The notes under the pieces are model-generated. The model searched no databases. It saw only the letters and a program-made list of their open reading frames with translations, and was not told the DNA's origin. From assembly GCA_030704615.1 (NCBI GenBank), contig CM060732.1, forward strand, positions 51,956,001-52,020,000: a stretch of DNA of 64,000 bases, written 5' to 3'. Each line of letters begins with the position of its first letter. The first letter of the stretch is position 1. The stretch comes from Takakia lepidozioides (Eukaryota > Plantae > Bryophyta). Of this stretch, positions 13,741 to 26,075 are shown piece after piece. The position numbers and the translations under genes were made by a program.

Positions 13741-14395
13741 TCACATGAAACATATTATGGAGTTGAAAGTTCTTTTACCAAAAAAGGTTGAACATCGAGA
13801 TCACAAAATCATTGAGGATGCAAACGCACACATTCCTAATTGCTGAAAGTAAAACGTCATTTATTTTTTGTTGCCTGCATCTGAAAAAATGCCCAGAATT
13901 GATAACAGAACCGACATTCTAGTAATATAGTCATGTACCATGTTCCAATTTGCATTTGGAAGTTCCATACCTTCTTCCGCCGGCTGCCCGAACCGTTCCA
14001 ATTCAAGTGCCACCCAATCAAGTGACAAGGACACGTGTGCAGCCCCATCCCTTCCTACACAACACGTGTACACTTTGGGATGGATGCATGCACGATTGCT
14101 TTTACATGCAAGTTGGAGCAACTTTGGGATGAATGAACTGTCATGGATGAAGGTTAAAAGTTATCATGCTATGAATGAAAACACATACAGAAAGTATGAG
14201 TGCATATGTGCATACAGACTAAGTGCCTGTACAAGGGAATGATTCCATTAGTCATGAATGGTATCATGAAACCATAAGAGTGTAATACCATTCCCATCCC
14301 GAATGGGAGGAATGCATGCATGCAAGGTTTGAGATGGAAGTTGGACCCACTTTGAAGAAAATATGGATATGCACTCTGTTGCATTCATGAAATTT

Positions 14396-15880
14396 CTAGG
14401 GCGTCCCAGGGGTCGTGCTGATGAGCCCAAAACCAATGGCCAGCTTCTCACTCTGGTGATAGAGAAAAAAATTCTTTTTGCTCCTCCACCACATCTGCAG
14501 TACAAAGCGTGTGTTAGGCACATATCCCGCCTCCTTCATCTGCCTAGACAATCTTCTCAACTAAGCATGGATTTCTTTAATTCTGGGATGCAGTTTGTCA
14601 TCTACAACAAAGGTGTGCGTCTTGTTGCCAACCTTAATGCAGCAGCGACCTGGCTCCTTCCTAACCTCTCTGACCTTCATCATTTTTCTCACCTTTGCAC
14701 TATCATCCTCGCCTCCTTCATCTGCCCAGACAATCTTCTCAGCTAAGCATGGATTTCCTTAATTCTGGGATGCAGTTTGTCATCTACAACAAAGGTGTGC
14801 GCCCTGTTACCAACCGCAATGCAGCAACGACCTGGCTATTTCCTAAATCCTCTGACCTTCATCACTTTTCTCACCTTTGCACTATCATCCCACCTGCTAG
14901 CTGCAACATAGATGTTTGATAGCAACACATAAGTCGCGGCATCTTGTTCATCCCACTTGAGAATAGATGTTGCAGCACGTTCAGCCATCTCCACATTGCC
15001 ATGGATTCTACAGGCACCAAGCAAGGCCCTCCAAACCATAGCATGTGGTTTCATTGGCATTTTGTTAATGAGCTCCTCTGCCTCATCCAATTGCCCCATA
15101 TGTCCAAGAAGGTCCACCATGCAGCCAAAGTGCTTTACTGTCGGAGAGACACCATGATCTTGATTCAGGGAATCAAAGTAGCGTCTTCCTTCATCTAGTA
15201 GGCCACTGTCTGCTCAAAGGTATCCAAAGCCTCCATCCCACGTCCTTGCATATCCTGCAATCATCGTGTTCCATGACACCACATTTTATTCAACCATATT
15301 GTCGAACAACCCCTGTGCATCTTCAATGCTCCCACATTTGGCATACATGTCCACCAGGGCAGTGTTCAGAATGACGTTTGGTACCATTCCAGCTTTGACG
15401 ATATCACCATGGACCTCTTTGCCATTTTCCAAGGCTTCCAGGCTCACACATACATTGCAAATGCAAACAAACGTGACATGGTTGGGCTTCACCCCTCCGC
15501 GCATCATTTGCTCATAGGTCTCCAAAGCCTCCATCCCACACCCGTGCTGTGCATATCCTACGATCATCGCGTTCCATGACACCACATTTCGTTCAACCAT
15601 GTTGTCGAACACTCCCTCTGCATCTTCAATACTCCCACATTTGGCATACATATCCAGCAAGGCAGTGTTCAGAATGACATCTGGTACCATTCCAGATCTG
15701 ACAATGTCACCATGGACCTCTTTGCCCTTTTCCAAGGCTGCCAGGCTCGCACACGCATTGCAAATGCAAACAAACGTGATGTGGTTGGGCTTCACCTCTT
15801 CCTCCATCATTTGCTCATATGTCTCCAAAGCCTCGATACCACGCCCCTGCTTTGCATATCCATATCCTGCGATCAGTCTG
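14396..15880 (-). pseudogene. Second PLS-E-(truncated DYW) PPR pseudogene, convergent with the first
   Basis: PPR repeats in ORF 15286-15933 and E domain in ORF 14836-15120. The PG box is duplicated. DYW runs to HQSEKLAIGFGLISTTPGTP and then breaks off. Stops and deletions are present. Confidence 0.88.
14529..14890. repeat. Tandem duplication, 2 x ~182 bp, of the E+/PG-box region
   Basis: GCCTCCTTCATCTGCC starts at both 14529 and 14711, and both copies end in CTTTGCACTATCATCC. Confidence 0.9.
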
Positions 15881-17061
15881 ATGAGAGGGCAAATCGGGCT
15901 GAAATAGATTGAACAAGAAGGTTCCCTCACCACATTGTCCTTGACTTTGTGTCATGACTGATGGAGGATTAAACCGACCATCAACCAAAAGGACCTCTTG
16001 TATATGCTGCTTGTGTCCATGGTGGGGTAGTGTCCGATTGGTCTGTGAGAACCACCACGGTGTAGCTGAGCAGCCATAGATTGAAACACGACCTCCTAAC
16101 ACCAAGCTGACCCTCCTAAGCACCTTGTAAACTCCAAAGAAAAATACCAAATCGTGATACTAATAGGAAGAGCCAAACTTCTTCACCTTATACATTAAGA
16201 GAAAGCCACACCTTGCGATTATGGTTGTCCCACCATCGTGAAGGATCTTTAAAGAACTCATTCCAGCTCCGCTTCGTGCTCCAAGGTAGACTTTTGTGCC
16301 CAAAAATCCGGCAGCATCAACATTTTGCCAAGTTCCTTTACGGAGGGGGAGCTAGTGAGCTTTCAACAACATTCATGCTGGTCGCTTTGGGCTCCATTGC
16401 ACTCTCCACAACGAGGACATACGAACATGTCCAAATGTACACAGATGTTAAACCAGCTTATGTCTGCAGTGTGGAGATTTTGGAGTGGTCTCTGAAACGG
16501 AGCAGGAGTAGCTGAGCAGCGCCAGTCTTTGGGGACACGATTTTTGAAAGAGGGCATGATGTATGCTTGGGATGCCATGTAGCATGGGGAGGATGAAGGC
16601 ATGCAGGGGGGATGGAGGGCGATGCCATGCATGAGGGCATGATGGGAGGAGGGATGGGGATGCGGGAAAGGGCACGTCTCATGTCCTGGCAGCGGGAACA
16701 TGAGGCGCGGGAGGGCGTGCCGCGCGGCTGCTGCCGCGCGGTGTGCAGGCGTTGGAGCGGGGGTAGGCGTGGGGTGGGGTGGTGGGGGGGGGCTCCACGC
16801 TGGCGGAACCGGGCCCCTCGCATTCAACTCCAAGGCCCCATCTAATGCTTGGCATACTTTTACCAACCAAAGGGAAGATGAGTATGAGTAAAGTAAAGTA
16901 AAGTCTGTTCACTTGTTTGTGGGTTTTTATGTGAGGTAAAGTCTTGCAACCAGTATTTGTTACGTGGTTCGAGATCCCGTAAGCTTAGCCCTAATAATAT
17001 AGACGAGAGTGGTGGTCGCGCAGGCGAGCTTTGCAGGGTTTGGTTCTGTCTGGGAGCAGGG

Positions 17062-20000
17062 ATGCCGAAGCACAGCGAGGGGGATCACCTCCTCGTCTTC
17101 GAGAATGGACGCTTCGCTTATCTCTCAGTGCCACCCCAGTTTTCAACCTCCATCACAGACGAGGCAAAACTGTGCTTCATGGACCACCGCAAGGAGGCCT
17201 GGGATCCGTTGTCGGACATTTGTTGCTTGCAGGAGGCAGGACATGTGCATGCACACGTGCACCATGGCGATATCACAGAAGATATTTTGCTTGAGCAGGT
17301 TAAGATTCCTCTCTTTGCAATTCTTGAAAAAAACACATCGTCACGTGAGAAATCTGGAGAAAAAGTGGAATTTCTGTCTGGAAATGGTGAATTTTGCTGG
17401 TTGTGACATACATGTTGTGCTAGAGACCAAGTACGCTGCGTGAGTCAATTGAATCACACGTTCTTTGATGTATGCCTGTTTTGCAGTGCATGGAGGAGGC
17501 AGGCTGCACCCTACCAATGCTTCGGGAGCTGTCAGGCATGTGCAGACCTGTTTCACCGCACGATGACTCGGGTCACGAACATATGGAAGGATGTGGCCAC
17601 AACCAAATTGCTCATGGCGATCACTTTGATTGGCTCATACCTCTGAAGGACGGTTCTTTTGTGTTGAGCCATGCGCAGAGGACTGAAAATGGTGGATCAC
17701 GATTCATCGAACACGGGCGTCTGATTAAAGTGGGAGAAACTCTTGGCAAATTGACGAGGCGGCCCAAGCAGCTAGTTGATCTCTTCAGTTATGAGAGTCC
17801 TAAAAGGAAGGGGTATGAGAGCCTACCCCAAACAGATGAAATTCTCACAGCAACAGAGACAGACATTGTTAAGACTGGAAAACTTCAGTTGGATGGAAGC
17901 TGTACGCTGATGCCTTCTCCCAGAATGGGAAGGACAGTGGTCCAGGAAGATATGGTGAAGATAACTATCCCTGGTAATCTTAAAGTTTCTGGATTTGGGA
18001 AGACAACTCTTGATGTCATGGGAATCTGCTGTCCAAGTGAGGTTCCCCTGATTAAGAGGATATTGGAGCCCTTACCTGGAGTTGAGGAAGTATCAGTGAA
18101 CGTTACGTCCAAGACGGTCACCGTTCTTCATGATCAGTTATTGGTCTCGGATGGACAACTTGGTACTCAGCTTATACCCTTTCCTTATAGTTTCTGTGAC
18201 TACAGAAGGTGATGAAGAACCACACTTAATTTGGAAAGGCTGAGGGCTCTTTTTGTGGCCAAGACTAACTCCAGTAGTTGCTGCTAATGTGGTCTATTTT
18301 GCAGTAATTTAGCTTTTCAGAAGTTCAAATTAGGAAGGCCTTGGTTATATATCCGGTCCTTGACTCTTTCATGTTAATTTTAGTAGGACGTTTTCATCCA
18401 TGCCAGTCCCAACTCTAACATGTTTCTTTCTGTGACAGTAAAGGTTTTGAATGAAGCAAGTTTGGATGCCAGTATTCACCATCGAGGAGAATGGAAATCT
18501 GGCCGCAAGTGGCCTAGCCCTTGGACCATGGCCTCTGGTGTGCTGCTTGTACTATCCTTCTTCCAGTACGTCTGGCATCCATTACGATGGGTGGCATTGG
18601 GTTCTGTTGCTGTCGGTATACCACCTCTGGTCATAAGAAGTGTGGCTGCTTTGAAAAGCCTCATCCTTGACATCAACATTCTTATGCTTATTGCAGGTAA
18701 GTGAATTCAACGGTCAACTAGGTGATGATTATTTGAAACCTAAGTTTGGCAATGCTCTACAGACAGACACACTCTTTTGTAGGAAGAGTGACGAGGTTTA
18801 TTTCCCAACTGATGCATTCACTACGACTTTGTCATCACTTAAGAATACTTTTAAAGTTCAGGGTGGATTTAGTAGCTAATGTGCAGGGAATATTGAACCA
18901 TGTGGGATGGAATTCAGTTGGTGGTGCCATTGCACTGGGAGACTACCTGGAGGCTGGATCAATTGCCTTCCTTTTCACTCTTGCAGACTGGCTAGAATCA
19001 AGATCTAGTGATAAGGTAATTCTCAGTTTCATAAAATGCACCAGAGAGTAATGAATTTTGTTGGTCCTGCTTGTTGCAAAGAAGGCTTTTTCTTGGTGTG
19101 GAAGTCTGTGAAGGCTCGAAGGGTAGAGGTCATGTCAAATATCATGGAAGGTACATATGAATGTGCAATCCAAGGGGTTTAGTAGCCGGTCATGCAAGGC
19201 TTTCAAAGTTTTGCAGAGGCCACGTCAAGTTGCAGCAAAGTTAAAGTGCGTTTTCCTGGGAACAATTTCTAACAGGAGGTTAAGGTTCTGTTTCAAGAGA
19301 TGGTAAGAATAATGTATCAAGAGAACATTATGCTACTTAGTAAGACAGTGCAATAGAAAATTGGTAAGTCATCAACTTCCAGAGGTCTGCACTTGTATTG
19401 ACACCCTACTTTTCAATCTGGTTTGAATGGCACCTATTGTTGTTGTAGGCTCGGGCTGCATTAGCAGCTGTTGTGGATATGGCACCTCAGACAGCAGTGC
19501 TTTTTGACAGCGGGCTTTGTGTGCGTGTCGAAGATGTGAAAATAGCAACACTACTTGCTGTCAAGGCAGGAGAGTTGATTCCTATTGATGGAGAAGTAGT
19601 CTCAGGGAAAAGTTCTGTGGATGAAAGCAGTTTAACTGGTGAATCTATGCCAGTGGAGAAAGAAGCGGGAGCGACTGTGTGGGCAGGAACAGTGAACATG
19701 TCAGGTACCTAGCCACTTCAGGAGCAGTATTTAGCTGGAAAGCATTATTTGCCAGCCTCAGAAGAAGAACTGCATGTTCCGTCCCGAATTCCAGGTTTCA
19801 CCTACTTGTTGGCACTCGGTAGTTGCTGGAAGCTCAAAGAACATCTGAGGACGTTCCAGTGGAATTGACATAACTAAAGTGACATAAAAGGAGACCAAAT
19901 AATGTACAGGATGTTGCTGTTTTTTGACATCAAGCAATGTACAGGGTACATGACAGTGAGGACCACAGCTCTTTCAGAAGACTCGGCAGTTGCCAGGATG

Positions 20001-23000
20001 GTGAGGCTTGTTGAGGAAGCACAAAATCAGCGCTCTCGTACTGAGCTCATTGTGGAGAAATTAGCAAAGTATTACACACCTGGTATGTCTTGTATATCTG
20101 TGGAAAGCACATATTTGAAAACCATAACGCTCTATTTTATTTTTATTGTGGAACATTGACCACCCATAAAGGAAGACTTGTGGTGTGAATTTTTGGCCGA
20201 GTTTAAAGCTCTCCTAGCACCTATGGCCTTGGTATATCAATGAATGCCCACTTTTTTGTGCTTCATGTGATTTGGGTTTCCTTTTATGTTGGGTGGCACT
20301 TCAATATAAGCTTAGTGGTGTGTTGAGTGATGGCCATGACCTTTTATGAGGTTTGGAATGACGAACTGGGGATCACCCAGCCAGTGGCCTTTGACTTACA
20401 GTGGGCACTCCAACCAAACCTAGGTCTGTGGTTTTGTGAGAAGTGGTCAGTGTGGGGGGCGGGGGGAGAAGGGGGTGGTGCTTGCTTTCCTTCATCAAAT
20501 GGGTGATGGCAATTTGCGAGAACCGAGAGGTGTTCTCTGTTGGCATTACCTATAATTACGATGAGGGTGGTATTAAGTCCATCTTGTTGCTCCTGCTGCA
20601 GCAATTGTGGTGGTAGCGCTCATTATAGGAGTGGTCCCATGGGCATCGGGAGTGCACAATCATCGGCATTGGCTCTACCTAGCTCTGGTCCTGCTTGTGG
20701 TGGCATGCCCCTGTGCCTTGGTTATATCAACTCCTGTTGTGACCACGTGCGGGATTGCGCAGGCTGCTAGACTAGGACTGCTGATAAAAGGTGGAAGCTT
20801 TCTGGAGGTACTAGGCAGGTTGAAGGTTGTGGCTTTGGATAAGACGGGGACCTTGACTGAAGGGCAGTTTTGCGTGTCTGATGTGCTGGCAATTGACGGC
20901 ATCTCTACTGTTCAGCAGATTTTGTATTGGTATGCATACTTACGGATTTCTGCTCTTATCTTATGCTCCACTACGAGGACAATCATGATCCTGCACATGG
21001 TGTCCAGCCTGTGGTCCCTTGTCCCAACAGGTGACAGTGGTTATGCGTATTTATGAAGGTTTGCTTTGCAGCTAGCAGGCTCTGAGCAGAGTCCTGGAGA
21101 AAGCTAGGCCGTTGGTCCCACTTGTTATCTATGTCTATGTATATAGATGTTTATGTCCCACATGATCCATTGGAATTGCTGTGATGCATGAAAGCAGTAG
21201 TGTTGTCCTCCTGGGTCAGTTAGAATACCTGAAAACCTGCAGGCAATTCCTGGATGGTGACCAATTGAGAACCTTGTCAACCATACTGCTAACTGTGTTT
21301 TGCACCGTTATTTGGCTTTTAGGCTCGCTTCTGTTGAAAGCAAAGCCAGCCACCCATTGGCATCAGCACTAGTTCGCTATGCTCGCCTTCATGGGGTGGA
21401 AATCTCTAATGATGTCACTGAATTTGAGGTCATTGTGGGAGAGGGAGTCTCGGCAGTCGTCAAGGGGCGCACCATCCACATTGGAAATGCACGTATGGCT
21501 GCCCGTCTTGGTTGGGATACAGGTGTGTGCGTACAGACCCACAAGATTGAGAATTTCTATTGAAGATAATTGAACTGTTTCCAAGCATTCTTGGCTAATA
21601 CCCCTCCTGCACCATTATGTAAGAATGAAAAGGTCTGTTCAGAGCTTTCTTGCTAAGTCCTAGCCATTGAGCGTTTGTGACTTGTTCCCAACACCTGAAG
21701 ATTGTCTAGAGTGTTAAAACAAATGACACCACAGAGTCAGATGCATTTATGTGCTGCATTATCCTGAATCGCAATTTTTTGTTGTTGTTGCTGGATGGGA
21801 TGTATAGCTGCTGGTTGTGGAATAGTGGACACCTGGAGTAGCCAGGGAGCAACAGTAGGTTGGATTGGTGTGGACGAAGTAGCTGTTGGGGTTTATTGTG
21901 CTGCCGACCAGCTGCGAAAAGAAGCAGTGGAGGCAGTCGTGGAATTAAAGGTCTGCTCATGACTATTTCTTCCCCATGCTTCCTTCTCTATCTTCCCCCT
22001 TTTGATCGAGGTGGCTGCTTCCTTTTTGGTGTCATGTGTGTTTTTTTCCTGGCTCTTTTGTGTGGCTTCTTCAGACTTTCAAATCAATTGAGACTTGCAC
22101 ACGGACTTGTTGAGTTAGAGCCAGTGCTGGGTGGGTATGGGGGCAGACAAGGTCTCAAATCAGCTGGGTATGAGAACCCGCATTTGTAGAGAGCCGCTGG
22201 ATACATTGGGAGGGATACCCTTGTAGAGATCTGGGCTGCAGGTTCTCAGACATTCAGTACCTATTTGAATTTTTGGGGTATTTGAAGATTTCTTTGAAGT
22301 GACGACCTCTAGTAAACCCATAGTAACAAAAACACATATCTGGGTGATGGACAAACCAGTGGGTATGAACTCGGCAACACCTGAAACCGGTGGGTATGAG
22401 AAAATCGAAACCATGGAAGTGACCAGAATCACTGGCATAGGAGCTGCAAATAAACCCACGCTCAGAAATGGAGGGCATCTAATACCTCCCAACACTGCTT
22501 AGAACCAGATTGATTATATTATATGCTGAGTTTGCACCTACCTTCATGGCCTCTAGATCAGTTCAGTCTTTGCAGGCACTTGTGCCGAGGTCAGGAGCTC
22601 TCTAGGTTCGGTGACTTAGGAGTTGTTTTGATATCTACTGCCACTTGCACCAAATTAACAGTCAACTCAATGTACAACATAGTTATTTGGCCTTGATAAT
22701 CATCATGAGGAAGCAGCTTTGTCATTGTTGGGAACCAGGCGATTGTCATATTTACGATGCTCTTCAGTTGCATTGCTTCAGCCTAGACAAACATGCTGGT
22801 TTAATTTACCAATATGCTAGGATTTGTTGTGCTGCACAGAAACTCGGCATTCACATTGCAATGCTGACTGGCGACAGTTCTGCAGCAGCTGCCTCTGCAC
22901 ACAAAATGGTATCCTCATAGTCCAGTCAGAAATGCCACCTTTGATGATTCTCTTCGTTCTGTCCCAGACACTGTTGTTGGCTGCTTTTCCTGGTGGAGAT

Positions 23001-24887
23001 ACATGTGCAGATGTGCCAGGACCATAGAATTTCCTACTATTCTCGCAACGTCTATTGACGAGAATTATGTTCTCATGAGGAATGTTTGGGTTGCAGATTG
23101 GTGAAATTGACATTCATGCCCAGTTGCTTCCAGAAGATAAGGTGAGAATAGTCCGAGAATTGAAGGGAAGTGGAGTCACGGCAATGGTAGGAGATGGTAT
23201 CAATGACGGACCTGCATTGGCTGCAGCAGATATTGGGATTGCAATGGGGGTGGCTGGGTCAGCTGTTGCAATGGAAACAGCTGATGTAGCTTTAATGACA
23301 AACGATCTTCGGAAGTTGGCATTTGGAGTGCAGCTGGGCAGAAGCTGCCGCTGGAAAATTGGGCAGAATGTGACCCTTTCCTTGGTCACAAAGTTTGTAA
23401 TTATTGTGCTTGCAGCGGTAGGATATGCATCCCTTTGGGCAGCCGTGCTGGCAGACGTTGGGACTTGTCTGGTAGTCATCTTCAACAGCATGCGGTTGCT
23501 CAAACACAAGAAGTGTACTGATCAATGTTGCTCAACACCCAAGAGTCTGTCCAATTTTGCAGTCAGACATAAGCAGCTAAAACTGGAGGATAGTTGCTGT
23601 GCGAAATCTGGAATGGACATGAAATGTTCGGATGGTAAGTTGGTTGATTTGTGTGAAGAAGGAACTGCTGCAGTATCACACAGTCACAGGGGACTATTTC
23701 ATTGGTTGCACCACCACCATCATGAGAAGAAGTGTGAAGGGGAAATGAAGGGTTACACAGTGTGTTGCTCGATGGCGACCTCAGAAATCAAGCAGACTGC
23801 TGTACCTCGTTGCTCCAGTTCTAGGTGTGAGCCAGGGCTGCTCACCCCCAGAGGTAAAGGGAATCGCCATAGCTATGGCTATCATCATGAGGAAACTAAA
23901 GCTTCAATCATTGGTTGCTGCTCAAAAGCAGGGTCAGACATCAAGTCAAAGGGTGCTTCAGGGTGCTGCTCCAAAACAGGGTCAGAAATCAAGTCCAAGG
24001 TTGCTACAGGTTGCTGTGGAACAGGTTTGCATGAGAAAGGGGGAATCAGAAATCCACTAATTGGCAGTGCATCTAGTAGTGACCTCAGTGAGCTTCCGGG
24101 GGTGACTGCATATGGTGGTCTTGCCTCCTTGGATGGGTGCCATGAAGATGTAACTGGGATGGAGCACGAAGGTGGGGTTGCTACATGTTGTGAGACGTCC
24201 ATGTTTGGGGGGACAGGGAAAGGAATCCGGAGGAGACTCGGCACAAAAGAGAATTGTTCAAGTGAGAGTCACATTAGCAACACCTCATGTGGCCACCACC
24301 TGGAGGAGCCCTGTTTGCCAGCTTGCGTGGCTGCAAGCAACAGCCCGCAAGGCAATGGCCATGGTGGTTTTATTTCTTTGGATAAGGTTAAGGCCCAAGG
24401 GCTGTCGATTGAAGTTGAAACATGTCCCAAGCAGTGCTGCAGCAAGTCCCCTGCAAACCCCGGCCATGATCCTGTCAAGTCCAAGTCATCAGCTTCTGAG
24501 ATACCCTGTTTGAAAGAGAGTTGCAAAGCAAGTGGTGCCACTGGTATCTGCAGATCTCATGCCTCGGAAACAGTTCCATCATGCTGTGTGAAAGAGGAGT
24601 CGTGCAAGGCTTCTGCTTTACATGCCCCCAGTACAGCACATGGCAAGACAGCAACTTTTGATATGCCTCCCAAGTGTTGTACAAAAGATAGTGGTAAGGC
24701 AACTAGTAATTCAGGCAAAGTGTCCACCAGTAGCACACATGATTTTGAGACTTGTGCCCATAATGGGAACCTCACGTGTGGCATTGTGCCTACCTCTCCC
24801 ATCTCTTTATCAGGGTATGGTGTTAGCCCCGATCCATGCTGCACCAACCAAATAGGTTGCAAGTCTTGTGCTACAGTCTCCAGCTGA
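17062..24887 (+). CDS. HMA2: Heavy-metal P1B-2 ATPase (HMA2/HMA4-like Zn/Cd exporter), 11 exons, ~1397 aa
   Basis: Exons 17062-17298, 17487-18162, 18439-18696, 18918-19015, 19449-19704, 19945-20082, 20602-20929, 21323-21522, 21808-21950, 22840-22908 and 23097-24887 (4194 nt, in phase). Motifs GICCPSE, TGES, CPC, DKTGT, SHP and GDGINDGP. The start codon is inferred and the symbol denotes the subfamily, not proven orthology. Confidence 0.92.
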
Positions 24888-25621
24888 TTCATTGGATGTA
24901 ATGTATGCATATTCACTGGCAAATTGGTCAAGTCCGTGCTGTTGTGGAACCAGAAGAGGAGGATCAGAGGCTTTGAGCACAGTTTCCCATCATAACACAT
25001 CTTTGTGAGATTTCAACTCTCTTTCTATCTGTTTTCGGTAGTTTCCATGCTCGGCAGTGTGTTTTGGCAGGTAATCAGAGGACTGTGTATTGTGTTTGCT
25101 GTAGTTTTTGATTTCTTGGACAATATATACTTCATATTTCGATCTTAGTGGCCAAAATGAGAAAGCAAAAGCTTTGGACTAATTTGGACCTGCGGGACTC
25201 TTCCTGGGTGGGCCATATTGTTGGAAAATGTCATTTGGTATCTCCTGTACACAAATTGACCATACTACTACTTCATCCAACTGCATCTAAGTTCCTCGTT
25301 TGGAGGACGATTTGACTTTTCATGGATCCATCCCACATAATTTGGACACCAGGAGTTGGAATCCGGAATCTATTTCAGGAAGTTGGTCAAAGTTAAGTTG
25401 GGGTGAGAGAGAGAGAGGGAGTGAGCTTGTGGAGCCAAGGAAGGGAGGGGGGGTCCCACTAGTGTATGCTATGTTAAGCGTGCGGTGCTGTGTTTGAGGA
25501 ATTCATCTTCCTTCTTCTGTTGGTTTGCCTTAGAAAATTTCCAGTTAGGGATTTCAATGATTGCTGTTGAGTGATAGCAGCTTGTGAAGCAGCGGCGGTG
25601 TAGCAGAAGTCCTTGATCCTA

Positions 25622-26075
25622 AGGGCCCACTTTAGGCTAAGGACCAAGACACAGCTTCAAACTGGTCCAAATCTTGGCCCCTAGATGCATATTAAAAAAG
25701 TGGGTGTGTAAAGGCGTAGTGCCCAAGACCAAGAAAACTAAAATGAGATGTTCACCTTCCATCATTTGCGATTGATTCTAATTTCCCACTCGACATTCGA
25801 GATTTATTCTAACTGACAGTCACGATCATTTGAGAGAAAATTGTATGTTAAAGTTTGTATACTTGGTGCAGGGTCCAAGAATTGGTCCTCCAAACCAACA
25901 TTGGTTCCTTTGTTGGTCCCTAGACCAACCATCTCCCGCATTAGTGAAGGCCACTTGCAGGCCATGTCATTCCTAACTTTCTCGGTCTTGGACTGTAGTG
26001 TAGACCAGGAAAATTCCCTCCCAATAGGATCATTGCATTTTGAGTTGGTTTTGAACCGTAGTCTAACGTGGCCCT
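25622..26075. mobile_element. Probable PIF/Harbinger-type MITE
   Basis: Imperfect terminal inverted repeats AGGGCCCACTTTAGGCTA ... TAGTCTAACGTGGCCCT around a non-coding interior. Confidence 0.4.

Noticed and set aside
16363-16912. Overlapping GC-rich ORFs upstream of HMA
   Set aside because: Low-complexity G-rich sequence that is open in several frames, with no domain or splice support.
22909-23096. HMA intron starting GTATCCTC, resembling a U12 donor
   Set aside because: It mismatches GTATCCTT and has no TCCTTAAC-like branch site near the acceptor.
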